Assembly (NCBI RefSeq): GCF_006345805.1
Contig: NC_043002.1
Coordinates: 18,476,001-18,540,000 of the forward strand
DNA from: Octopus sinensis
Lineage: Eukaryota
Reading direction: 5' to 3'
DNA: 64,000 nucleotides
Positions 1 to 24,789 of the stretch are shown here, piece by piece. The position numbers were made by a program, and so were the translations under genes. Positions within the stretch are counted from its first letter, which is position 1. Each line of letters starts with the position of its first letter. Below the pieces are notes generated by a model, which was not told where the DNA came from, made no database searches, and saw only the letters and a program-made list of their open reading frames with translations.

Positions 1-309
1 AGGATTAGTGTTAGGGGGGGAAGGGTATCTTTTTTTCTTCACAAATGTAAATAAACCCTATCTGTTTCTTAAGCGAGTGATATATTCATACGGCACAGAA
101 TGCTTTTTAACTCAATGGACGTCATTGATTGGTTGAAATTGCAGAAATTGAAGAAAAAAACAACAAATATCTTACAAACTATAGAATTTTCTCAATAAAG
201 CCAAGAGAAAAAGATGTTTTATAAACACATTCTACCAGTATACGAAGTTTAAAATGTTTTAGCTACCTAGAAATTATGTTAAAAACTGCCGTTCAAACCG
301 AAAAGATCC
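1..309. mobile_element. MITE (GG-terminal, Merlin-like family M1), cut by window start
   Basis: Ends in AAAAACTGCCGTTCAAACCGAAAAGATCC, the same TIR as 10833..11131; the body is the reverse complement of 563..~890. Confidence 0.8.
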
Positions 310-562
310 GAGTTACCTGTATCACGAGTTTTCACGCCGGGTGTCAAAATGCCGGCATCATGACTACTGCCCAATACTCTGTGCATGGGCACACAGTAAA
401 GGCTGTAAGAAGTGACATGAAAAGCTGCACCTGAGAGTATAAAACCGTGGCCAGCAGGAAGTATGCGCTAGGTTCTGGAGCCGTCTTGATGCCGTGGTGG
501 AAGCTGAGTAGAGGTACTTTGAGTAAACTGTTATCTCCCAGCCATAATATAGTTGATGTTTT

Positions 563-992
563 GGATCTTTTCGGTTTGAATGGCAGTTTTTAACATAATT
601 TCTAGGTAACTGAAAAAATTTTTAATTCGTATACTGGTAGAATGTGTTTATAAAACATCTTTTTCTCTTGGCTTTATTGAGAAAATTCTATAGTTTGTAA
701 GATATTTGTTGTTTTTTTCTTGGATTTCTGCAATTTCAACCAATCAGTGACGTCCATTGAGGTAAACAACATTCTGTGCCCTATGAATATGTCCCTCGTT
801 TAAGAAACAGATTGGGTTTATTTACATTTGTGAAGAAAAAAAGATACCCTTCCCCCCACCCCTAACCCTAACCCTAACTAACCCTAACCATAAAACAAAT
901 TGAAATGCAATAGATCGATACTAGGGTCATAATTATGGGTGCCAATTTCATATGACACCGCTAGAAAAAACTGCCGTTCAAACCGAAAAGAT
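563..992. mobile_element. MITE family M1, near full length, carries internal (CCCTAA)n
   Basis: TIRs GGATCTTTTCGGTTTGAATGGCAGTTTTT / AAAAAACTGCCGTTCAAACCGAAAAGAT; telomere-like repeats at ~860-890; TSD not clear in this copy. Confidence 0.85.
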
Positions 993-1273
993 ATTTTTTT
1001 GATTTTTTAAAATAGTTTTATTTTTGGATGGGTTGTTGTGTTTTCTTTTTATGCAAATTGTCAAATCCAACCAGAGCACACTGTACGTGGCACCCAAACG
1101 ATTGCGCAAAAACGTCTCCCACTCGTTTCAGATACGGTCTATACATTTAGTTGCAGTGCGCTTATGTCTTTCCATGAATTATTTGGGGGTTGAAATGGGT
1201 TGAAATAACAAAACTGAAGACGGTGCCGTAAATGACTAGGAGTGCAAAAAGATAGCAATTTAAGATAACTTAC

Positions 1274-15265
<13,992 letters not shown>

Positions 15266-15395
15266 GGCGCTGGAAAGACAAAACAGAAGAGTCAATTTTT
15301 TCCACATACAATTTTTCGTCACGGTTGTATTTTGCGATTAAATCACCAAGTAACATTTATACTTCACTTTGTTTTTAATAGATGTATTAATAAAG

Positions 15396-15765
15396 CAGTG
15401 AGTTGGAAGAATGGTAAACGCGTTGGGCACAATGGTTAGCGATATTTCTCCCGACTGAATTCAAATCCTGTTTCGGTCAAGTTTGCCTTTCATGCTTTCA
15501 GGATCGATAAAATAATGTTCCATTCAAGGACTGTGATCGATGGTATTGACTAACCTCGTTTCCTCAAAACTGCAAATTTTGTATCGATATATTTCTAATT
15601 TTAGCACAAGGCCAGCAAGTTTTAACTGGCACCTATTTTATCGACCCCGAAAAAATGCAAACGAAGCGGACCTCGGCAGAATTTGAACGCAGAACGTAAA
15701 GAGAAGAAAATGCTGCCAAGCAATTTCCCCGGAGTATTAGCTTTTCCACTAACTCACTGCCTTGG
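15396..15765. mobile_element. Two diverged SINE family A copies, tail-to-tail
   Basis: + copy ~15396-15600, - copy ~15600-15765. Confidence 0.7.
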
Positions 15766-15874
15766 TCTTGGGCCCAAATCAGAAACAAATCAGTTACCAA
15801 CTAACAATATCTCGTCCTGAGTTATTTACATTATTTACATTTGACGGATATTTGTCCTCATCTTGTTTGTTGTT

Positions 15875-15920
15875 AATACAACGTTTCGACTGATATACTC
15901 TCCAGCCTTCATCAGGTGTC
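15875..15920 (-). ncRNA. Minimal type I hammerhead motif (family D left arm)
   Basis: GACAC-CTGATGA-A-GGCTG(N10)CAGTC-GAAA-CG-TT-GTATT; core intact, one stem I mismatch. Confidence 0.75.
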
Positions 15921-15967
15921 TTGGGGAAATTTCGAACTTGGGTTCTCATTCCTAAGGTATTTTTCGA

Positions 15968-16031
<64 letters not shown>

Positions 16032-16034
<3 letters not shown>

Positions 16035-16562
16035 TAGTTTTATTTTTATAGCGTGCTTTCACTTCACTACCGAGCGCAGCTCTGTGTGCCTTGGGTATGT
16101 GCTGTGATTTGTTGTGATGCTCTGATGGTTATTGTATGGAAAGTGTTCTGCGTAGGATGTGTGCAGTGCCTAGTAGTGCAATTTTCTGTATGTTATATGT
16201 GTTTGTAAGTCCTGGTGTTTTTGTTATGTATGTGTCTGAATATTTTTTTATCATGCCTAATGCACCTACTATGATAGGAATTGTTTCTGTTTTCAGATTC
16301 CACATTCTAGTTACCTCTATTTCCAGGTCTTTGTATTTTGAGAGTTTCTCCATTTCTTTTAGAGACACGTTGTCATCTGCCGGTATTGATACATCAATTA
16401 GAAAGCATTTTTTTTCTTCGTGATCTCTGACAACTATATCTGGTCTGTTGGCCTTAATTTCTCTATCTGTGTGTATCGGCATATCCCAGAGTATGGTTGC
16501 TTTCTCGTTTTCTGTGACCTTTTCTGGTGTGTGCCTATACCATCTTTTTTCTGTTGTTATTC

Positions 16563-16563
<1 letters not shown>
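16032..16563 (-). mobile_element. R4/Dong-like RLE non-LTR retrotransposon 3' end inserted in (AAT)n
   Basis: ORF 16129..16482 has the RPDIVV...IDVSIP...EKLSKY RLE motif and ends ALLGTAHILRRTL; (TAA)n on both sides. Confidence 0.88.
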
Positions 16564-16633
<70 letters not shown>

Positions 16634-16768
16634 TCACTGCCTAAAATCGAACTCGGAACCTTGGGGTTAGTAGCCCGCGCTCTTAACCATTACGCCACGG
16701 CATATGGTGTAGTGGTTAAGAGCGCGGGATACTAACCCTAAGGTTCCGAGTTCGATTCCAGGCAGTGA

Positions 16769-16833
<65 letters not shown>

Positions 16834-16880
16834 TCGAAAAATACCTTAGGAATGAGAACCCAAGTTCGAAATTTCCCCAA

Positions 16881-16926
16881 TATATCTGATGAAGGCTGGA
16901 GGGTATATCAGTCGAAACGTTGTATT
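16881..16926 (+). ncRNA. Minimal type I hammerhead motif (family D right arm)
   Basis: TATAT-CTGATGA-A-GGCTG(N10)CAGTC-GAAA-CG-TT-GTATT; core intact. Confidence 0.75.
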
Positions 16927-17798
16927 AACAACAAACAAGATGAGGACAAATATCCGTCAAATGTAAATAACGTACGTAATTCCTCATCTCTTAAATATAG
17001 AACTGTATCTTCCGAGCTGCCATTATGAATCGTTCCTTGTTTTCATTCAGAAATGAGTTGATATATATTTTTGAACCATCTGTTCTTGTTCACAGTTTTT
17101 ATTGATTATTCTATTGAGCTTAGTCACCCAACACTTTTAATCCGCCTTTGACGTTCACATTTTCACATTGTTCTATATCTTGTTTCTATTCTTAACTCTG
17201 TTATGCTTGGGGAGGCGGAGTCGTTCCAATTTTTCTTATTGAGCTCATAACGCACATATGCACACATATATATACATACATCCGTTCATACACACACACA
17301 CACACACACACGCATACACACATGTATGTACGTATGTATGTATATATGTGTGTGTGTGTGGAACATCAGAAATGAAGTAATGTAGTGCAGAATTTGCTTA
17401 GTTTTCAGTTTTATTTGTGATACGCTGTCTTGTCTTTTCTCTTTCTGGGTGTAACGAAACTATTGAAGTAAACCAGTTTGTATTTTGTTTCGGAGTGTAA
17501 ACATTATATACACCTATGTGCATGGTTTTCTTTGACCATACCAAGACATTTGAATCCGCAAATTGTGCTGTGAAGCAATGAAGAAAGTGCTATCCAAAAC
17601 TGGCTACCACAAAAATCTAACGCAATGTGACAGATTTCCGTGAGCTTCCAAACTTCTGCCACAGAATAGTTTGAAGTAAGGTAGGAATATGTAGCTGCCT
17701 TAATTCTCTTTTCCATTTCTCGTCAACTGTAATCGACGTCGTTATGAACAAACTTACACCATACGTCCAAAATATCAACCATACTGATAGCAAACTTG

Positions 17799-18089
17799 GA
17801 GTGGCTGTGTGGTAAGTAGCTTGCTTACCAACCACATAGTTCCGGGTTCAGTCCCACTGCGTGGCACCTTGGGCAAGTGTCTTCTATTATAGCCTCGGGC
17901 CGACCAAAGCCTTGTGAGTGGATGCTGGTGTGTTTACATCTCCGTAACTTAGCGGTTCGGAAAAAAAGACCGATAGAATAAGTACGAGGCTTACAAAGAA
18001 TCCTGGGGTCGATTTGCTCGACTAAAGGCGGTGCTCCAGCATGGCCACAGTCAAATGACTGAAACAAGTAAAAGAGTAAAAGAGTAAGA
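17799..18089 (+). mobile_element. tRNA-head SINE family B, central deletion
   Basis: TGGCTGTGTGGT A-box, GGTTCAGTCCC B-box, ACCTTGGGCAAGTGTCTT CORE-like segment, GAGTAAAA tail repeats. Confidence 0.88.
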
Positions 18090-18611
18090 GTAACTAGCAG
18101 GTTATACACCAAAAACATCAACGACTGTATCGGTAATTGAACTCACGCTCTGCAGATGATACTACAGTAATTGCAACAGAAAAAAAACTTCAGGTAATTA
18201 CTTGCATTTTTTCCTAGCACATATGAGAACAAGGATATAACATAAAATAAAAGACCTTGCTTCAACAAGCACAATAAAGTGATCCGTTAATCGGGATATG
18301 CGGATGTATGATGAAAAGATGTATAGAGAGAGAGAACTTTCGATTTTTATATGATCACCTAGCACTTGACACAAATATTCTTTTCTACTTTAGGCACAAG
18401 GTACGAAATATCTTTCTCTCACACTGTACGCATTACATGCTACCAAATCCTGTATGAGCACTAATCCTGTTCCTCTTAGGTTAACGAATCTCTCGGGTTC
18501 TCTATTTTCTTTTGCTCTGCCTTCTTCTTTACAACATAAAGCGTGAATGAAGAAGTCAACTAACAAGACCAACCAAAAGCCACATCGGTTATTATTAAAT
18601 AGAGATTTAAA

Positions 18612-19140
18612 GCGGCGAGCTGGCAGAATCGTTAGCATGCAGGGCGAAATGCTTAGCGGCATTTCATCCGGCTTTACTTTCTGAGTTCAAATTCCGCCGA
18701 GGTCGACTTTGCCTTTCATCTTTTCGGAGTCGATATATTAAGTACCGGTTGCGTACTGGGGTCGATGTAATCGACTAGCCCCCTTCCCTTAAAAATATTT
18801 CGGGCCTTGTGCCGAGAGTAGAAACGATTATTAAATACAGGTTTTAAGACGGCGTGCTCGCAGAATCGTTTGCACGCCGGACAAAATGTTTAGTGGCATT
18901 TCATCTGGCCTAGCGTTCTGAGTTCAAATTCCGCCGAGATCGACTTTGCCTTTCATCCATTCAGGGTCGATAGAATAAGTACCAGTTACGCACTAGGGTC
19001 GATGTAATCGACTTAATACTTTTGCCTGTCCTTGTTTGTCCCCTCTATGTTTAGCCCCTTGTGGGCAATAAAGAAATAAGAATAAGTACCAGTTGATCCC
19101 TGGGGTCGACGTAATCGATTTAATCCCTGGCCTTGTGCAA
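18612..19140 (+). mobile_element. Two adjacent SINE family A copies plus a partial third unit
   Basis: Heads at ~18612 and ~18847. Confidence 0.85.
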
Positions 19141-19739
19141 TTATTAAACCATTATTAAATGCAAGTTTTAGTTATACTTTTAGCCTGCATGCATCAATTG
19201 GCTTCACTCCTTCATCACCTCTTATTCAAGACGTGATGGTCAAAACTGGAATGCATTTTGATCATAGGCTTGCCCAATTTCACTATTGGTCTTGGGTTTA
19301 ACAAAACAAAATCGCTCGTCATTTTCTATTTCCTTTTTTGCTTTTCGATTATTTTCCCGAAATAAATTTCGAAAATGGGATGCAGTGAATATATTTCCGT
19401 AATCTGTTGTGTTTGTACAGCCGATTAATTAAACAGATATCCGTCGTATGTCCAAATTTTTTTCTCATGAACTTTAAGTAGAACTCCCCTGATGAACGAG
19501 AGAGTATGAATGGCACCTAACGTCATATGTAATTAGCCTATGACAACAGTTGTCGTTAAAAGCCGTTCATCTGTTTTAGTATTCGCTATTCGTTTCAAAC
19601 CACTGCTAGGTACAGTCGGTCAGACATTCTGACTGCAGGATATATTAAGACATGCGTTTGTTGTAAGGATTCCCACGCATAGATTTATACATTCACACAC
19701 ACACACGTGCACACGCTTCCATCCATGTAAGTACACGCA

Positions 19740-19914
19740 CATACACACACACACATAAATACATAGATGCATACATACAAACATACATACATACATACAT
19801 ACGTACGTACATAAATACATACATACATACATACATACATACATACAAACATACATACATACATACATACATACATACATACGTACGTACGTACGTACAT
19901 AAATACATACATAC

Positions 19915-19959
<45 letters not shown>

Positions 19960-20005
19960 CATACATACATACATACATACATACATAAATACATACATAT
20001 GTACA
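19740..20005. repeat. (ACAT)n microsatellite
   Basis: Direct reading. Confidence 0.95.
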
Positions 20006-20039
20006 TACTTATATTTGGTCAGGATAAATGTTGCTATAT

Positions 20040-20545
20040 GGTTACGAAAAGAGGGAAAAGCTGTAAATCAGACTAGGAACATCTCCATCAATGACTCAAC
20101 CGTTTCCCCTCTATCTGATGAGGAATTTTACAGGTATCTAGGGTGGATGAAAACATATTTGACAGTGACACCTGTAACAAAACACGTGTCACTAAAGAAT
20201 ATTACAGCCGAATAAAGAAAATTTGGATTCAATAATACAGTGACCCACAATGTGTTTGCAATGCCAGTACTCATACCAACATTTGGGCTACTTGATTGGA
20301 CGCTTGATGAGATCTGAGCCATTGATGTGAAAACCCGGAAAATACTAACAAGCACACATAATTTCCACATCAACAGTGACGTAGACCACTTCTGCCTAAA
20401 ATGAAAACAAGACGGCAGAGACTTAACATCGATCCAAACTACCTTTGAATGTTGTATCATATCCATTTAGCAACATCTTTTAACCACCAATTGTCAAAGC
20501 GCATCCTTTGACCAAATTTGCATACATGAGGCTGATAACATCATA
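20040..20545 (+). mobile_element. R4/Dong-like LINE RT/thumb fragment, disrupted
   Basis: Reads EFYRYLG...NVFAMPVLIPTFGLLDWTLDEI*AIDVKTRKIL...FHINSDVD across frameshifts. Confidence 0.75.
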
Positions 20546-20978
20546 AGACTTTTTTAGTGTATTTTCATACATTGTACCTTCCATGTTCATATAGATATGT
20601 ATTAATGTGTGTACAGATATTTGTGCATATATGAAGGTATGTACATATGTATGTTTGTAAATATATACCTGTGCATATGAATGAATGAATGAATGAATGG
20701 AATCGATGTGTCAATGGATACAAGGAAAGAGAGACTATGGTTGTCAACCTAAATGGTTCACAATAAGCGTATAAATGTATGGCTAGTTCTAAGTTTGCAT
20801 GCATATGTGTGTATAAGAATGTAATAATTTATGTTTCCACTTAAGTATGTGTGCATATATGCACGTACGAATCCATCAACGTACGTGTCTGTATATATAT
20901 GTATGTACCGGAGTAAACACATAAATGTGAAACAAGGTGGAAGAAAGAGTACTCAAATACCAGAGGTAGAGTAATATG

Positions 20979-21136
20979 CTTTATTTAAAGCAGCAGAAAA
21001 TTCAACAAAACCTGTTACTCTGAGTTTCCCGTTGCCGTTCATCGGACAGTTCATTCTAGCAAAAACTGTCCGATGAACGGCAACGGGAAACTCAGAGTAA
21101 CAGGTTTTGTTGAATTTTCTGCTGCTTTAAATAAAG
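20979..21136. repeat. Perfect 73-bp inverted repeat (12-nt spacer), each arm with a hammerhead-like motif
   Basis: Arms 20979-21051 and 21064-21136; CTGT-CCGATGA-ACG GCAA CGG-GAAA-CTC A GAG-TA-ACAG. Confidence 0.88.
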
Positions 21137-21250
21137 TATGTATGTATGTGTATGTATGTATGTATGTATGTATGTATGTATGTATGTATGTATGTATGTA
21201 TGTATTTGAGTACTTCATATGCATGTATATAGGTATCAATGTATGTAGGT

Positions 21251-21838
21251 AAGGCAGCGAGCTGGCAGAACCGTTAGCACGCCGGGCGAAATGCGTAGCC
21301 GTATTTCGCCCGTCGATACGTTCTGAGTTCAAATTCCGCCGAAGTCGACTTTGCCTTTCATCCTTTCGGGGTCGATAAATTAAGTACCAGTTACGCACAG
21401 GGGTCGATTTAATCGACTTAATCCGTTTGTCTGTCCTTGTTTGTCCCCTCTATGTTTAATCCCTTGTGGGTAATAAAGAAACAGGTATTTCGTCTGCCGC
21501 TACATTCTGAGTTCAAATTCCGCCGAAGTCGACTTTGCCTTTCATCCTTTCGGGGTCGATTAAATAAGTACCAGTTACGCACTGGGGTCGACATAATCGA
21601 CTTAATCCGTTTGTCTGTGCTTGTTTGTCCTCTCTGTGTTTAGCCCCTTGTGGGTAGTAAAGAAATAGAAATAGATATTCCATCTGCCGCTACGTTCTGA
21701 GTTCAAATTCCGCCGAGGTCGACTTTGCCTTCCACCCTCTCGGGGTCGATAAATTAAGTACCATTTGCGTACAGGGGTCGATCTAATCGACTGGCCCCCT
21801 CCCAAAAAATTTGGCCTTGTGCCTAGAGTAGAAAAATC
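21251..21838 (+). mobile_element. SINE family A tandem trimer
   Basis: One headed unit plus two head-less units restarting near TATTTCGTCTGCC. Confidence 0.9.
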
Positions 21839-21904
21839 GATGTAAGTATGAATGTATACATGAGTGTGTACGTATGTATGCATGAATCGGTTATATAAGC
21901 GTGA

Positions 21905-21937
<33 letters not shown>

Positions 21938-22107
21938 TGTATGTATGTATGTATGTATGTATGTACGTACGTATGTATGTACGTACGTATGTATGTACGT
22001 ACGTATGTATGTAGACGAAAATTTAGATATATTTATCTTGTTTCAGTCAGTATACTGCGGCCATGCTGGAGCACGGCCTAGAAGATTTTAAGTTAAACTA
22101 ATCTATG

Positions 22108-22393
22108 TACAGTTCTATATTTAAGAGATGAGGAATTATGTACATTATTTACATTCGACGGATATTTGTCCTCATCTTGTTTGTTGTTAACACAACGTTT
22201 TGGCTGATATACCCTCCAACCTTCTTCAGGTATCTTGGAGAAATTTCGAACCTGGGTTCTCATTCCTAAGGTATTTTTCGATGTTGTTGTTGCTGTGGTT
22301 GTTGTTGTTGTTATTGTTCAGGTCACTGCTTGGAATCGAACTCAGAATCTTGGGGTTTGTAGCCCGCGCTGAACAACAACAATAATAATGATG

Positions 22394-22435
<42 letters not shown>

Positions 22436-22603
22436 TAATAATAATAATAATATCGAAAAATACCTTAGGAATGAGAACCCAGGTTCGAAATTTTCATAAG
22501 ACACCTGAAGAAGGCTGGAGGGTATATCAACCGAAACGTTGTGTTAGCAACAAACAAGATGAGGACAAATATTCGTCGAATGTAAATAATGTAAATAATG
22601 TAA
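22108..22603. mobile_element. Family D palindromic element, copy 2 (centre deleted)
   Basis: Left arm with partial head to ~22370; the spacer and second head are missing; right arm tail intact. Confidence 0.85.
22500..22545 (+). ncRNA. Minimal type I hammerhead motif (family D copy 2 right arm)
   Basis: GACAC-CTGAAGA-A-GGCTG(N10)CAACC-GAAA-CG-TT-GTGTT; full stem I, one stem II mismatch. Confidence 0.75.
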
Positions 22604-22629
22604 TCGGAGTACCTTTTCCTCCTTTTTTT

Positions 22630-22980
22630 AAAGCCTGGTTCTTATTCTATCGTTCACTTTTGCCGAACAGCTAAATTATGGGGACGTAAACACACCAACA
22701 CCGGTTGTCCAGCGGTGGGGTGGGTATATGCACAGACACAAACACATACACACGCGCGCACACACACACACACAGACACACACACATACAAACACGTAAG
22801 CAAACATACACACACCTGCAACACGCTTCTTTCAGTTTCCATCTACCAAATTCACTCACAAGGCTTTCGTCAGCCCGAAACTGTTATAGGTCCACTTGCC
22901 CAAGGTGCCACTCAGTGGGACTAAAACCAGGAACCATGTGTTTGGGAAGCAAGCTTCTTACCACACATTCACGCCTCATA
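22630..22980 (-). mobile_element. SINE family B
   Basis: Head near 22975, central (CA)n. Confidence 0.85.
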
Positions 22981-22996
22981 TTAAAGTTCATTAAAC

Positions 22997-23396
22997 AACC
23001 GGCAGTATCGCCCGGCGTTGCTCGGGTTTGTAAGGGAAATAACTATATAAGCATTTTTAGAGAGTTATAGCCAAAAAATAGCAAAAAAAATGTATTAAAA
23101 ATGGAAAAAAATTGATGGTAATTTTTTTCAAATCGTTGACTCATCGTAGACATTTTTAGAGAGTTACTTCCCTTATATAATAGCGAAAAAAATGCATTAA
23201 AATGGAAAAAATGATGGTAATTTTTTTTTTTAATCGTAGACTCATCGTAGACGCGCGCTAATACCCAGAGGGGCTCGATATGAATCACGACTATAAGATA
23301 CCCGGTTTTGGTTAAACTGCACCGCAAAATGTGGGAGTAGTTAGGAATCTAAATCGTAGGAGACAGACACACAACTTGACTTTTATATATAAAGAT
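22997..23396. mobile_element. Helentron/HINE (DINE-1-like) non-autonomous element
   Basis: Starts GGCAGTATCGCCCGGCGTTGCTCGGG (short hairpin), has a ~99-bp internal tandem duplication (23052-23250) and ends TTTTATATATAAAGAT. Confidence 0.65.
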
Positions 23397-23804
23397 TACA
23401 CTCCAAACTATTATAGATATCAAGATATTGAACTTACATCTGCCGATGTTGTCTTGTGCGTCGTTGTCGATGTTGTAATTAATATTATTGCTGTTAGCGA
23501 CTGATAGACTTTTGTGGTCCGGTCTTGTTACATACAACCTTAATAGCCTGTTGTTGTCCTTAAAGAAAGTAACTGTGAACTAAAATACCTTGTCATGTCT
23601 TCAATTTGGAGAATTGTAACATATGGTGTCTGTTCACTGCTTAAGAAAACAAGAGTCTCCCTCTCTTTCTCTTTCTCTCTTTCTCTCTTTTCTCTCCGTT
23701 CCTTTTCTCATTTTATTGCTTTTTTTCATTTTCTCAACCTTTCATTATTAAGTCGATATTTGTACATACACACCCACACGCATGAACACATTAGCGCGGA
23801 TAAA

Positions 23805-23852
<48 letters not shown>

Positions 23853-23886
23853 TGTGCTGTATCCAATATTTATTATTATTATTATT

Positions 23887-24334
23887 GAGTGAGAGAGCAT
23901 TGCATGCCATCAAAGTGACACTGGGGTAAAATATACGAAGCCCAGTATACCCATCATGACTACCCGTCTGATAAGGGTACACCAGGCACATGCATCACAA
24001 CCATATGTGCGCGACATGGTGATCTCATATCAAGATAAACAGCGCATGACCTTGCAGATGGGGCTCAGTTAGAATTTTCTTCAGGTTGAGTAACCCATCC
24101 CACTCAAAAGGTCCCTGAATAAGGGTTGTTTAAGGATGTTGAATGAAACACCCATGTTCTCAGAAGTAAATTATTCAAACGCCAAAGAATCCCTCTCAAC
24201 ACATGGCTATGATGCTCCCCCACTACTTCTGCTCGTGATCAGAGATGCACATGCTCAACTGGTTAAGGTCAAACAACTGACAAGCAAATCTGTGGTATCG
24301 AGCAGAATATTTGCTGTAGCCCATCTTTTATACC
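23887..24334. mobile_element. Interspersed repeat family F in (TTA)n
   Basis: Reverse complement of 48619..49078. Confidence 0.85.
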
Positions 24335-24335
24335 A

Positions 24336-24398
<63 letters not shown>

Positions 24399-24426
24399 CA
24401 TTATTATTATTATTATTATCGCCTTT

Positions 24427-24787
24427 GGAGGCGCAATGGCCCAGTCATTAGGGCAACGGACTCGCGGTCATAGGATCACGGTTTCGATTCCCAGACCGGG
24501 CGTTGTGAGTGTTTATTGATTGTGGCTCCGGCAGGGGTTGGTGGTGAACCCTGCTGTTCTCTTTCACCACAACTTTCTCTTACACTTTCTTCCTGTTTCT
24601 GTTGTATCTGTATTTCAAAGGGGCCGGCCTTGCCACACTCTGCGTCACGCTGAATCTCGCCGAGAATTATGTTAAGGGTACACGTGTCTGTGGAGTGCTC
24701 AGCCACTTGCACGCTAATTTCACGAGCAGGCTTTTCCGTTGATCAGATCAACTGGAACACGCGTCGTCGTAACCGACGGAGTGCCAT
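24427..24787 (+). mobile_element. tRNA-head SINE family C (different 3' half)
   Basis: GGAGGCGCAATGGCCCAGT head, GTTTCGATTCCC B-box. Confidence 0.85.
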
Positions 24788-24789
24788 CA

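Larger units (their letters stand above)
15822..17007. mobile_element. Family D palindromic element, copy 1 (divergent tRNA-like heads, (AAT)n, terminal hammerheads)
   Basis: Minus head ends 16696, spacer 16697-16706, plus head starts 16707; the arms are reverse complements; the left (AAT)n is interrupted by a LINE fragment. Confidence 0.88.

Noticed and set aside
317-467. Missing TRPC-like TRP-box exon between the two MITEs
   Set aside because: A phase-0 open frame with a donor exists, but the acceptor context is poor and the peptide (RILPAGHGFILSG...) has no TRP-box similarity.
860-890. Chromosome end / true telomere
   Set aside because: The short array is internal to a TIR element.
1000-1125. 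NEWETF... frame as a degenerate TRP box
   Set aside because: No suitable phase-0 acceptor and no similarity beyond EW.
16707-16780. tRNA gene (also heads at 6565, 24427, 49591)
   Set aside because: A/B boxes are present, but I saw no complete acceptor stem and each head continues into repeat body; these are SINE-type heads.
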